NCBI GenBank assembly: GCA_964016885.1
Contig: OZ024748.1
Location: 40,672,001-40,736,000 of the forward strand
DNA from: Eledone cirrhosa
Taxonomy: Eukaryota
DNA: 64,000 nt
Direction: 5' to 3'
Shown: positions 30,001 through 45,000 of the stretch, in pieces
Layout: the number at the start of each line of letters is the position of its first letter
Position numbering within the stretch: the stretch's first letter is position 1
Position numbers and translations under genes: made by a program
The notes under the pieces: generated by a model
What the model saw: the letters and a program-made list of their open reading frames with translations, nothing else
Told to the model about the DNA's origin: nothing
Database searches by the model: none

Positions 30001-33000
30001 ACCTAAGACAAAGTCAACTCTCTATTGAAGGAGTCACTGAACTAATACAAGGTCAACTCTCTATTGAAGGAGTCACTGACCTAAGACAAAGTCAACTCTC
30101 TATGGAAGGAGTCACTGACCTAAGACAAGGTCAACTCTCTATTGAAGGAGTCACTGACCTAAGACAAGGTCAACTCTCTATTGAAGGAGTCACTGAACTA
30201 AGACAAGGTCAACTCTCTATTGAAGGAGTCACTGACCTAAGACAAAGTCAACTCTCTATTGAAGGAGTCACTGAACTAATACAAGGTCAACTCTCTATTG
30301 AAGGAGTCACTGACCTAAGACAAAGTCAACTCTCTATTGAAGGAGTCACTGACCTAAGACAAGGTCAACTCTCTATTGAAGGAGTCACTGAACTAATACA
30401 AGGTCAACTCTCTATTGAAGGAGTCACTGAACTAAGACAAGGTCAACTCTCTATTGAAGGAGTCACTGAACTAAGACAAGGTCAACTCTCTATTGAAGGA
30501 GTCACTGAACTAATACAAGGTCAACTCTCTATTAAAGGAGTCACTGAACTAAGACAAGGTCAACTCTCTATTGAAGGAGTCACTGAACTAATACAAGGTC
30601 AACTCTCTATTGAAGGAGTCACTGAACTAAGATAAGGTCAACTCTCTATTGAAGGAGTCACTGACCTAAGACAAAGTCAACTCTCTATTGAAGGAGTCAC
30701 TGACCTAAGACAAGGTCAACTCTCTATTGAAGGAGTCACTGAACTAATACAAGGTCAAATCTCTATTGAAGGAGTCACTGAACTAAGACAAGGTCAACTC
30801 TCTATTGAAGGAGTCACTGACCTAAGACAAAGTCAACTCTCTATTGAAGGAGTCACTGAACTAATACAAGGTCAACTCTCAATTGAAGGAGTCACTGACC
30901 TAAGACATAGTCAACTCTCTATTGAAGGAGTCACTGAACTAAGACAAGGTCAACTCTCTATTGAAGGAGTTACTGACCTAAGACATATTCAACTCTCTAT
31001 TGAAGGAGTCACTGACCTAAGACAAGGTCAACTCTCTATTGAAGGAGTCACTGAACTAATACAAGGTCAAATCTCTATTGAAAGAGTCACTGAACTAAGA
31101 CAAGGTCAACTCTCTATTGAAGGAGTCACTGACCTAAGACAAAGTCAACTCTCTATTGAAGGAGTCACTGAACTAATACAAGGTCAACTCTCTATTGAAG
31201 GAGTCACTGACCTAAGACAAAGTCAACTCTCTATTGAAGGAGTCACTGACCTAAGACAAGGTCAACTCTCTATTGAAGGAGTCACTGAACTAATACAAGG
31301 TCAACTCTCTATTGAAGGAGTCACTGAACTAAGACAAGGTCAACTCTCTATTGAAGGAGTCACTGAACTAATACAAGGTCAACTCTCTATTGAAGGAGTC
31401 ACTGAACTAAGATAAGGTCAACTCTCTATTGAAGGAGTCACTGACCTAAGACAAAGTCAACTCTCTATTGAAGGAGTCACAGACCTAAGACAAGGTCAAC
31501 TCTCTATTGAAGGAGTCACTGAACTAATACAAGGTCAAATCTCTATTGAAGGAGTCACTGAACTAAGACAAGGTCAACTCTCTATTGAAGGAGTCACTGA
31601 CCTAAGACAAAGTCAACTCTCTATTGAAGGAGTCACTGAACTAATACAAGGTCAACTCTCAATTGAAGGAGTCACTGACCTAAGACATAGTCAACTCTCT
31701 ATTGAAGGAGTCACTGAACTAAGACAAGGTCAACTCTCTATTGAAGGAGTCACTGACCTAAGACATATTCAACTCTCTATTGAAGGAGTCACTGACCTAA
31801 GACAAGGTCAACTCTCTATTGAAGGAGTCACTGAACTAATACAAGGTCAAATCTCTATTGAAAGAGTCACTGAACTAAGACAAGGTCAACTCTCTATTGA
31901 AGGAGTCACTGACCTAAGACAAAGTCAACTCTCTATTGAAGGAGTCACTGAACTAATACAAGGTCAACTCTCTATTGAAGGAGTCACTGACCTAAGACAA
32001 AGTCAACTCTCTATTGAAGGAGTCACTGACCTAAGACAAGGTCAACTCTCTATTGAAGGAGTCACTGAACTAATACAAGGTCAACTCTCTATTGAAGGAG
32101 TCACTGAACTAAGACAAGGTCAACTCTCTATTGAAGGAGTCACTGAACTAATACAAGGTCAACTCTCTATTGAAGAAGTCACTGAACTAATACAAGGTCA
32201 ACTCTCTATTGAAGGAGTCACTGAACTAAGATAAGGTCAACTCTCTATTGAAGGAGTCACTGACCTAAGACAAGGTCAACTCTCTATTGAAGGAGTCACT
32301 GAACTAAGACAAGGTCAACTCTCTATTGAAGGAGTCACTGAACTAAGACAAGGTCAACTCTCTATTGAAGGAGTCACTGAACTAAGATAAGGTCAACTCT
32401 CTATTGAAGGAGTCACTAACCTAAGACAAAGTCAACTCTCTATTGAAGGAGTCACTGAACTAATACAAGGTCAACTCTCTATTGAAGGAGTCACTGAACT
32501 AAGACAAGGTCAACTCTCTATTGAAGGAGTCACTGACCTAAGACAAGGTCAACTCTCTATTGAAGGAGTCACTGAACTAAGACAAGGTCAACTCTCTATT
32601 GAAGGAGTCACTGAACTAAGACGAGGTCAACTCTCTATTGAAGGAGTCACTGACCTAAGACAAGGTCAACTCTCTATTGAAGGAGTCACTGAACTAATAC
32701 AAGGTCAACTCTCTATTGAAGGAGTCACTGAACTAAGATAAGGTCAACTCTCTATTGAAGGAGTCACTGACCTAAGACAAAGTCAACTCTCTATTGAAGG
32801 AGTCACTGAACTAAGACAAGGTCAACTCTCTATTGAAGAAGTCACTGAACTTATACAAGGTCAACTCTCTATTGAAGGAGTCACTGAACTAAGACAAGGT
32901 CAACTCTCTATTGAAAGAGTCACTGACCTAAGACAAAGTCAACTCTCTATTGAAGGAGTCACTGACCTAAGACAAGGTCAACTCTCTATTGAAGGAGTCA

Positions 33001-36000
33001 CTGACCTAAGACAAGGTCAACTCTCTATTGAAGGAGTCACTGAACTAATACAAGGTCAAATCTCTACTGAAGGAGTCGCTGACCTAAGACAAGGTCAACT
33101 CTCTATTGAAGGAGTCACTGAACTAATACAAGGTCAACTCTCTATTGAAGGAGTCACTGAACTAAGACAAGGTCAACTCTCTATTGAAGGAGTCACTGAA
33201 CTAAGACAAGGTCAACTCTCTATTGAAGGAGTCACTTAACTAATACAAGGTCAACTCTCTATTGAAGGAGTCACTGAACTAATACAAGGTCAACTCTCTA
33301 TTGAAGGAGTCACTGAACTAAGACAAAGTCAACTCTCTATTGAAGGAGTCACTGACCTAAGATAAGATCAACTCTCTATTGAAGGAGTCACTGAACTAAT
33401 ACAAGATCAACTCTCTATTGAAGGAGTCACTGAACTAAGACAAAGTCAACTCTCTATTGAAGGAGTCACTGACCTAAGACAAGGTCAACTCTCTATTGAA
33501 GGAATCACTGAACTAAGACAAGGTCAACTCTCTATTGAAGGAGTCACTGAACTAAGACAAGGTCAACTCTCTATTGAAGGAGTCACTGAACTAAGACAAG
33601 GTCAACTCTCTATTGAAGGAGTCACTGAACTAATACAAGGTCAACTCTCTATTGAATGAGTCACTGAACTAAGACAAGGTCAACTCTCTATTGAAGGAGT
33701 CACTGACCTAAGACAAGGTCAACTCTCTATTGAAGGAATCACTGAACTAAGACAAGGTCAACTCTCTATTGAAGGAGTCACTGAACTAAGACAAGGTCAA
33801 CTCTCTATTGAAGGAGTCACTGAACTAAGACAAGGTCAACTCTCTATTGAAGGAGTCACTGAACTAATACAAGGTCAACTCTCTATTGAAGGAGTCACTG
33901 AACTAAGACAAGGTCAACTCTCTATTGAAGGAGTCACTGACCTAAGACAAGGTCAACTCTCTATTGAAGGAGTCACTGAACTAAGACAAGGTCAACTCTC
34001 TATTGAAGGAGTCACTGAACTAATACAAGGTCAACTCTCTATTGAAGGAGTCACTGACCTAAGACAAGGTCAACTCTCTATTGAAGGAGTCACTGAACTA
34101 AGACAAGGTCAACTCTCTATTGAAGGAGTCACTGAACTAATACAAGGTCAACTCTCTATTGAAGGAGTCACTGAACTAAGACAAGGTCAACTCTCTATTG
34201 AAGGAGTCACTGAACTAATACAAGGTCAACTCTCTATTGAAGGAGTCACTGAACTAAGACAAGGTCAACTTTCTATTGAAGGAGTCACTGACCTAAGACA
34301 AGGTCAACTCTCTACTGAAGGAGTCACTGACCTAAGACAAGGTCAACTCTCTACTGAAGGAATCACTGACCTAAGACAAGCTCAACTCTCTATTGAATGA
34401 GTCACTGACCTAAGACAAGGTCAACTCTCTATTGAAGGAGTTACTGAACTAAGACAAGGTCAACTCTCTATTGAAGGAGTCACTGAACTAAGACAAGGTC
34501 AACTCTCTATTGAAGGAGTCACTGACCTAAGACAAGGTCAACTCTCTATTGAAGGAGTCACTGAACTAAGACAAGGTCAACTCTCTATTGAAGAAGTCAC
34601 TGAACTAAGACAAGGTCAACTCTCTATTGAAGGAGTCACTGAACTAATACAAGGTCAACTCTCTATTGAAGGAGTCACTGGACTAATACAAGGTCAACTC
34701 TCTATTGAAGGAGTCACTGACCTAAGACAAGGTCAACTCTCTATTGAAGGAGTCACTGAACTAATACAAGGTCAACTCTCTATTGAAGGAGTCACTGAAC
34801 TAAGACAAGGTCAACTCTCTATTGAAGGAGTCACTGAACTAATACAAGGTCAACTCTCTATTGAAGAAGTCACTGAACTTATACAAGGTCAACTCTCTAT
34901 TGAAGGAGTCACTGAACTAAGATAAGGTCAACTCTCTATTGAAGGAGTCACTGACCTAAGACAAGGTCAACTCTCTATTGAAGGAGTCACTGAACTAAGA
35001 CAAGGTCAACTCTCTATTGAAGGAGTCACTGAACTAAGATAAGGTCAACTCTCTATTGAAGGAGTCACTAACCTAAGACAAAGTCAACTCTCTATTGAAG
35101 GAGTCACTGAACTAATACAAGGTCAGCTCTCTATTGAAGGAGTCACTGAACTAAGACAAGGTCAACTCTCTATTGAAGGAGTCACTGACCTAAGACAAGG
35201 TCAACTCTCTATTGAAGGAGTCACTGAACTAAGACAAGGTCAACTCTCTATTGAAGGAGTCACTGACCTAAGACAAGGTCAACTCTCTATTGAAGGAGTC
35301 AATGAACTAAGACAAGGTCAACTCTCTATTGAAGGAGTCACTGAACTAAGATAAGGTCAACTCTCTATTGAAGGAGTCACTGACCTAAGACAAAGTCAAC
35401 TCTCTATTGAAGGAGTCACTGAACTAAGACAAGGTCAACTCTCTATTGAAGGAGTCACTGAACTAAGACAAGGTCAACTCTCTATTGAAGGAGTCACTGA
35501 CCTAAGACAAGGTCAACTCTCTATTGAAGGAGTCACTGAACTAAGACAAGGTCAACTCTCTATTGAAGGAGTCACTGAACTAAGACAAGGTCAACTCTCT
35601 ATTGAAGGAGTCACTGACCTAAGACAAGGTCAACTCTCTATTGAAGGAGTCACTGACCTAAGACAAAGTCAACTCTCTATTGAAGGAGTCACTGACCTAA
35701 GACAAGGTCAACTCTCTATTGAAGGAGTCACTGAACTTATACAAGGTCAAATCTCTATTGAAGGAGTCACTGAACTAAGACAAGGTCAACTCTCTATTGA
35801 AGGAGTCACTGACCTAAGACAAAGTCAACTCTCTATTGAAGGAGTCACTGACCTAAGACAAGGTCAACTCTCTATTGAAGGAGTCAATGAACTAAGACAA
35901 GGTCAACTCTCTATTGAAGGAGTCACTGAACTAAGATAAGGTCAACTCTCTATTGAAGGAGTCACTGACCTAAGACAAAGTCAACTCTCTATTGAAGGAG

Positions 36001-39000
36001 TCACTGAACTAAGACAAGGTCAACTCTCTATTGAAGGAGTCACTGAACTAAGACAAGGTCAACTCTCTATTGAAGGAGTCACTGACCTAAGACAAGGTCA
36101 ACTCTCTATTGAAGGAGTCACTGAACTAAGACAAGGTCAACTCTCTATTGAAGGAGTCACTGAACTAAAACAAGGTCAACTCTCTATTGAAGGAGTCACT
36201 GACCTAAGACAAGGTCAACACTCTATTGAAGGAGTCACTGACCTAAGACAAGGTCAACTCTCTATTGAAGGAGTCACTGAACTAATACAAGGTCAAATCT
36301 CTACTGAAGGCGTCGCTGACCTAAGACAAGGTCAACTCTCTATTGAAGGAGTCACTGAACTAATACAAGGTCAACTCTCTATTGAAGGAGTCACTGAACT
36401 AATACAAGGTCAACTCTCTATTGAAGGAGTCACTGAACTAAGACAAGGTCAACTCTCTATTGAAGGAGTCACTGAACTTATACAAGGTCAAATCTCTATT
36501 GAAGGAGTCACTGAACTAAGACAAGGTCAACTCTCTATTGAAGGAGTCACTGACCTAAGACAAAGTCAACTCTCTATTGAAGGAGTCACTGAACTAATAC
36601 AAGGTCAACTCTCTATTGAAGGAGTCACTGACCTAAGACAAAGTCAACTCTCTATTGAAGGAGTCACTGACCTAAGACAAGGTCAACTCTCTATTTAAGG
36701 AGTCACTGAACTAATACAAGGTCAACTCTCTATTGAAGGAGTCACTGAACTAAGACAAGGTCAACTCTCTATTGAAGGAGTCACTGAACTAATACAAGGT
36801 CAACTCTCTATTGAAGGAGTCACTGAACTAAGACAAGGTCAACTCTCTATTGAAGGAGTCACTGAACTAAGACAAGGTCAACTCTCTATTGAAGGAGTCA
36901 CTGACCTAAGACAAAGTCAACTCTCTATTGAAGGAGTCACTGACCTAAGACAAGGTCAACTCTCTATTGAAGGAGTCACTGAACTAATACAAGGTCAACT
37001 CTCTATTGAAGGAGTCACTGAACTGAGACAAGGTCAACTCTCTATTGAAGGAGTCACTGAACTAATACAAGGTCAACTCTCTATTGAAGAAGTCACTGAA
37101 CTAATACAAGGTCAACTCTCTATTGAAGGAGTCACTGAACTAATAGAAGGTCACCTCTCTATTGAAGAAGTCACTGAACTAATACAAGGTCAACTCTCTA
37201 TTGAAGGAGTCACTGAACTAATACAAGGTCAACTCTCTATTGAAGGAGTCACTGAACTAATACAAGGTCAACTCTCTATTGAAGGAGTCACTGAACTAAG
37301 ACAAGGTCAACTCTCTAATGAAGGAGTCACTGAACTAAGACAAGGTCAACTCTCTATTGAAGGAGTCACTGAACTAATACAAGGTCAACTCTCTATTGAA
37401 GCAGTCACTGAACTAAGACAAGGTCAACACTCTATTGAAGGAGTCACTGACCTAAGACAAAGTCAACTCTCTATTGAAGGAGTCACTGACCTAAGACAAG
37501 GTCAACTCTCTATTGAAGGAGTCACTGAACTAATACAAGGTCAAATCTCTATTGAAGGAGTCACTGAACTAAGACAAGGTCAACTCTCTATTGAAGGAGT
37601 CACTGACCTAAGCCAAAGTCAACTCTCTATTGAAGGAGTCACTGAACTAATACAAGGTCAACTCTCAATTGAAGGAGTCACTGAACTAAGACAAGGTCAA
37701 CTCTCTATTGAAGGAGTCACTGACCTAAGACAAATTCAACTCTCTATTGAAGGAGTCACTGAACTAATACAAGGTCAACTCTCTATTGAAGGAGTCACTG
37801 AACTAAGACAAGGTCAACTCTCTATTGAAGGAGTCACTGAACTAATACAAGGTAAACTCTCTATTGAAGAAGTCACTGAACTAATACAAGGTCAACTCTC
37901 TATTGAAGGAGTCACTGAACTAATAGAAGGTCACCTCTCTATTGAAGAAGTCACTGAACTAATACAAGGTCAACTCTCTATTGAAGGAGTCACTGAACTA
38001 ATACAAGGTCAAATCTCTATTGAAGAAGTCACTGAACTAAGACAAGGTCAACTCTCTATTGAAGGAGTCACTGACCTAAGACAAAGTCAACTCTCTATTA
38101 AAGGAGTCACTGAACTAATACAAGGTCAACTCTCTATTGAAGGAGTCACTGACCTAAGACAAAGTCAACTCTCTATTGAAGGAGTCACTGACCTAAGACA
38201 AGGTCAACTCTCTATTGAAGGAGTCACTGAACTAATACAAGGTCAACTCTCTATTGAAGGAGTCACTGAACTAAGACAAGGTCAACTCTCTATTGAAGGA
38301 GTCACTGAACTAATACAAGGTCAACTCTCTATTGAAGAAGTCACTGAATTAATACAAGGTCAACTCTCTATTGAAGGAGTCACTGAACTAATAGAAGGTC
38401 AACTCTCTATTGAAGAAGTCACTGAACTAATACAAGGTCAACTCTCTATTGAAGGTGTCACTGAACTAATACAAAGTCAACTCTCTATTGAAGGAGTCAC
38501 TGACCTAAGACAAAGTCAACTCTCTATTGAAGGAGTCACTGACCTAAGACAAGGTCAACTCTCTATTGAAGGAGTCACTGAACTAATACAAGGTCAACTC
38601 TCTATTGAAGGAGTCACTGAACTAAGACAAGGTCAACTCTCTATTGAAGGAGTCACTGAACTAATACAAGGTCAACTCTCTATTGAAGAAGTCACTGAAC
38701 TAATACAAGGTCAACTCTCTATTGAAGGAGTCACTGAACTAATAGAAGGTCAACTCTCTATTGAAGAAGTCACTGAACTAAGACAAGGTCAACTCTCTAT
38801 TGAAGGAGTCACTGAACTAATACAAGGTCAAATCTCTATTGAAGGAGTCACTGAACTAAGACAAGGTCAACTCTCTATTGAAGGAGTCACTGACCTAAGA
38901 CAAAGTCAACTCTCTATTGAAGGAGTCACTGAACTAATACAAGGTCAACTCTCAATTGAAGGAGTCACGGAACTAAAACAAGGTCAACTCTCTATTGAAG

Positions 39001-42000
39001 GAGTCACTGACCTAAGACAAATTCAACTCTCTATTGAAGGAGTCACTGACCTAAGACAAAGTCAACTCTCTATTGAAGGAGTCACTGAACTAATACAAGG
39101 TCAACTCTCAATTGAAGGAGTCACTGAACTAAAACAAGGTCAACTCTCTATTGAAGAAGTCACTGAACTAAGACAAGGTCAACTCTCTATTGAAGGAGTC
39201 ACTGACCTAAGACAAAGTCAACTCTCTATTGAAGGAGTCACTGAACTAATACAAGGTCAACTCTCTATTGAAGGAGTCACTGACCTAAGACAAAGTCAAC
39301 TCTCTATTGAAGGAGTCACTGACCTAAGACAAGGTCAACTCTCTATTGAAGGAGTCACTGAACTAATACAAGGTCAACTCTCTATTGAAGGAGTCACTGA
39401 ACTAAGACAAGGTCAACTCTCTATTGAAGGAGTCACTGAACTAATACAAGGTCAACTCTCTATTGAAGAAGTCACTGAACTAATACAAGGTCAACTCTCT
39501 ATTGAAGGAGTCACTGAACTAATAGAAGGTCAACTCTCTATTGAAGAAGTCACTGAACTAATACAAGGTCAACTCTCTTTTGAAGGAGTCACTGAACTAA
39601 TACAAGGTCAACTCTCTATTGAAGGAGTCACTGAACTAATACAAGGTCAACTCTCTATTGAAGGAGTCACTGAACTAATACAAGGTCAACTCTCTATTGA
39701 AGGAGTCACTGAACTAAGACAAGGTCAACTCTCTATTGAAGGAGTCACTGAACTAATACAAGGTCAACTCTCTATTGAAGGAGTCACTGACCTAAGACAA
39801 AGTCAACTCTCTATTGAAGGAGTCACTGACCTAAGACAAGGTCAACTCTCTATTGAAGGAGTCACTGACCTAAGACAAGGTCAACTCTCTATTGAAGGAG
39901 TCACTGAACTAAGACAAGGTCAACTCTCTATTGAAGGAGTGACTGACCTAAGACAAAGTCAACTCTCTATTGAAGGAGTCACTGAACTAATACAAGGTCA
40001 ACTCTCTATTGAAGGAGTCACTGACCTAAGACAAAGTCATCTCTCTATTGAAGGAGTCACTGACCTAAGACAAGCTCAACTCTCTATTGAAGGAGTCACT
40101 GAACTAATACAAGGTCAAATCTCTATTGAAAGAGTCACTGAACTAAGACAAGGTCAACTCTCTATTGAAGGAGTCACTGACCTAAGACGAAGTCAACTCT
40201 CTATTGAAGGAGTCACTGAACTAATACAAGGTCAACTCTCTATTGAAGGAGTCACTGACCTAAGACAAAGTCAACTCTCTATTGAAGGAGTCACTGACCT
40301 AAGACAAGGTCAACTCTCTATTGAAGGAGACACTGAACTAATACAAGGTCAACTCTCTATTGAAGGAGTCACTGAACTAAGACAAGGTCAACTCTCTATT
40401 GAAGGAGTCACTGAACTATTACAAGGTCAACTCTCTATTGAAGAAGTCACTGAACTAATACAAGGTCAACTCTCTATTGAAGGAGTCACTGAACTAAGAT
40501 AAGGTCAACTCTCTATTGAAGGAGTCACTGACCTAAGACAAGGTCAACTCTCTATTGAAGGAGTCACTGAACTAAGACAAGGTCAACTCTCTATTGAAGG
40601 AGTCACTGAACTAAGATAAGGTCAACTCTCTATTGAAGGAGTCACTAACCTAAGACAAAGTCAACTCTCTATTGAAGGAGTCACTGAACTAATACAAGGT
40701 CAACTCTCTATTGAAGGAGTCACTGAACTAAGACAAGGTCAACTCTCTATTGAAGGAGTCACTGAACTAATACAAGGTCAACTCTCTATTGAAGAAGTCA
40801 CTGACCTAATACAAGGTCAACTCTCTATTGAAGGAGTCACTGACCTAAGACAAGGTCAACTCTCTATTGAAGGAGTCACTGAACTAAGACAAGGTCAACT
40901 CTCTATTGAAGGAGTCACTGAACTAAGACAAGGTCAACTCTCTATTGAAGGAGTCACTGACCTAAGACAAGGTCAACTCTCTATCGAAGGAGTCACTGAA
41001 CTAATACAAGGTCAACTCTCTATTGAAGGAGTCACTGAACTAAGATAAGGTCAACTCTCTATTGAAGGAGTCACTGACCTAAGACAAAGTCAGCTCTCTA
41101 TTGAAGGAGTCACTGAACTAAGACAAGGTCAACTCTCTATTGAAGAAGTCACTGAACTTATACAAGGTCAACTCTCTATTGAAGGAGTCACTGAACTAAG
41201 ACAAGGTCAACTCTCTATTGAAGGAGTCACTGACCTAAGACAAAGTCAACTCTCTATTGAAGGAGTCAGTGACCTAAGACAAGGTCAACTCTCTATTGAA
41301 GGAGTCACTGACCTAAGACAAGGTCAACTCTCTATTGAAGGAGTCACTGAACTAATACAAGGTCAAATCTCTATTGAAGGAGTCACTGAACTAAGACAAG
41401 GTCAACTCTCTATTGAAGGAGTCACTGACCTAAGACAAAGTCAACTCTCTATTGAAGGAGTCACTGACCTAAGACAAGGTCAACTCTCTATTGAAGGAGT
41501 CACTGAACTTATACAAGGTCAAATCTCTATTGAAGGAGTCACTGAACTAAGACAAGGTCAACTCTCTATTGAAGGAGTCACTGACCTAAGACAAAGTCAA
41601 CTCTCTATTGAAGGAGTCACTGAACTAATACAAGGTCAACTCTCAATTGAAGGAGTCACTGACCTAAGACATAGTCAACTCTCTATTGAAGGAGTCACTG
41701 AACTAAGACAATGTCAACTCTCTATTGAAGGAGTCACTGACCTAAGACAAATTCAACTCTCTATTGAAGGAGTCACTGATCTAAGACAAGGTCAACTCTC
41801 TATTGAAGGAGTCACTGAACTAATACAAGGTCAACTCTCTATTGAAGGAGTCGCTGACCTAAGACAAGGTCAACTCTCTATTGAAGGAGTCACTGAACTA
41901 ATACAAGGTCAAATCTCTATTGAAGGAGTCACTGAACTAAGACAAGGTCAACTCTCTATTGAAGGAGTCACTGACCTAAGACAAAGTCAACTCACTATTG

Positions 42001-45000
42001 AAGGAGTCACTGACCTAAGACAAGGTCAACTCTCTATTGAAGGAGTCACTGAACTTATACAAGGTCAAATCTCTATTGAAGGAGTCACTGAACTAAGACA
42101 AGGTCAACTCTCTATTGAAGGAGTCACTGACCTAAGACAAAGTCAACTCTCTATTGAAGGAGTCACTGAACTAATACAAGGTCAACTCTCTATTGAAGGA
42201 GTCACTGACCTAAGACAAAGTCAACTCTCTATGGAAGGAGTCACTGACCTAAGACAAGGTCAACTCTCTATTGAAGGAGTCACTGACCTAAGACAAGGTC
42301 AACTCTCTATTGAAGGAGTCACTGAACTAAGACAAGGTCAACTCTCTATTGAAGGAGTCACTGACCTAAGACAAAGTCAACTCTCTATTGAAGGAGTCAC
42401 TGAACTAATACAAGGTCAACTCTCTATTGAAGGAGTCACTGACCTAAGACAAAGTCAACTCTCTATTGAAGGAGTCACTGACCTAAGACAAGGTCAACTC
42501 TCTATTGAAGGAGTCACTGAACTAATACAAGGTCAACTCTCTATTGAAGGAGTCACTGAACTAAGACAAGGTCAACTCTCTATTGAAGGAGTCACTGAAC
42601 TAAGACAAGGTCAACTCTCTATTGAAGGAGTCACTGAACTAATACAAGGTCAACTCTCTATTAAAGGAGTCACTGAACTAAGACAAGGTCAACTCTCTAT
42701 TGAAGGAGTCACTGAACTAATACAAGGTCAACTCTCTATTGAAGGAGTCACTGAACTAAGATAAGGTCAACTCTCTATTGAAGGAGTCACTGACCTAAGA
42801 CAAAGTCAACTCTCTATTGAAGGAGTCACTGACCTAAGACAAGGTCAACTCTCTATTGAAGGAGTCACTGAACTAATACAAGGTCAAATCTCTATTGAAG
42901 GAGTCACTGAACTAAGACAAGGTCAACTCTCTATTGAAGGAGTCACTGACCTAAGACAAAGTCAACTCTCTATTGAAGGAGTCACTGAACTAATACAAGG
43001 TCAACTCTCAATTGAAGGAGTCACTGACCTAAGACATAGTCAACTCTCTATTGAAGGAGTCACTGAACTAAGACAAGGTCAACTCTCTATTGAAGGAGTT
43101 ACTGACCTAAGACATATTCAACTCTCTATTGAAGGAGTCACTGACCTAAGACAAGGTCAACTCTCTATTGAAGGAGTCACTGAACTAATACAAGGTCAAA
43201 TCTCTATTGAAAGAGTCACTGAACTAAGACAAGGTCAACTCTCTATTGAAGGAGTCACTGACCTAAGACAAAGTCAACTCTCTATTGAAGGAGTCACTGA
43301 ACTAATACAAGGTCAACTCTCTATTGAAGGAGTCACTGACCTAAGACAAAGTCAACTCTCTATTGAAGGAGTCACTGACCTAAGACAAGGTCAACTCTCT
43401 ATTGAAGGAGTCACTGAACTAATACAAGGTCAACTCTCTATTGAAGGAGTCACTGAACTAAGACAAGGTCAACTCTCTATTGAAGGAGTCACTGAACTAA
43501 TACAAGGTCAACTCTCTATTGAAGGAGTCACTGAACTAAGATAAGGTCAACTCTCTATTGAAGGAGTCACTGACCTAAGACAAAGTCAACTCTCTATTGA
43601 AGGAGTCACAGACCTAAGACAAGGTCAACTCTCTATTGAAGGAGTCACTGAACTAATACAAGGTCAAATCTCTATTGAAGGAGTCACTGAACTAAGACAA
43701 GGTCAACTCTCTATTGAAGGAGTCACTGACCTAAGACAAAGTCAACTCTCTATTGAAGGAGTCACTGAACTAATACAAGGTCAACTCTCAATTGAAGGAG
43801 TCACTGACCTAAGACATAGTCAACTCTCTATTGAAGGAGTCACTGAACTAAGACAAGGTCAACTCTCTATTGAAGGAGTCACTGACCTAAGACATATTCA
43901 ACTCTCTATTGAAGGAGTCACTGACCTAAGACAAGGTCAACTCTCTATTGAAGGAGTCACTGAACTAATACAAGGTCAAATCTCTATTGAAAGAGTCACT
44001 GAACTAAGACAAGGTCAACTCTCTATTGAAGGAGTCACTGACCTAAGACAAAGTCAACTCTCTATTGAAGGAGTCACTGAACTAATACAAGGTCAACTCT
44101 CTATTGAAGGAGTCACTGACCTAAGACAAAGTCAACTCTCTATTGAAGGAGTCACTGACCTAAGACAAGGTCAACTCTCTATTGAAGGAGTCACTGAACT
44201 AATACAAGGTCAACTCTCTATTGAAGGAGTCACTGAACTAAGACAAGGTCAACTCTCTATTGAAGGAGTCACTGAACTAATACAAGGTCAACTCTCTATT
44301 GAAGAAGTCACTGAACTAATACAAGGTCAACTCTCTATTGAAGGAGTCACTGAACTAAGATAAGGTCAACTCTCTATTGAAGGAGTCACTGACCTAAGAC
44401 AAGGTCAACTCTCTATTGAAGGAGTCACTGAACTAAGACAAGGTCAACTCTCTATTGAAGGAGTCACTGAACTAAGACAAGGTCAACTCTCTATTGAAGG
44501 AGTCACTGAACTAAGATAAGGTCAACTCTCTATTGAAGGAGTCACTAACCTAAGACAAAGTCAACTCTCTATTGAAGGAGTCACTGAACTAATACAAGGT
44601 CAACTCTCTATTGAAGGAGTCACTGAACTAAGACAAGGTCAACTCTCTATTGAAGGAGTCACTGACCTAAGACAAGGTCAACTCTCTATTGAAGGAGTCA
44701 CTGAACTAAGACAAGGTCAACTCTCTATTGAAGGAGTCACTGAACTAAGACAAGGTCAACTCTCTATTGAAGGAGTCACTGACCTAAGACAAGGTCAACT
44801 CTCTATTGAAGGAGTCACTGAACTAATACAAGGTCAACTCTCTATTGAAGGAGTCACTGAACTAAGATAAGGTCAACTCTCTATTGAAGGAGTCACTGAC
44901 CTAAGACAAAGTCAACTCTCTATTGAAGGAGTCACTGAACTAAGACAAGGTCAACTCTCTATTGAAGAAGTCACTGAACTTATACAAGGTCAACTCTCTA

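Noticed and set aside
20946-42764. Five repeat ORFs (135-187 aa) as genes
   Set aside because: Starts come from single point variants (GTG, ATG) copied by duplications, and stops come from the recurrent CAA>TAA variant.
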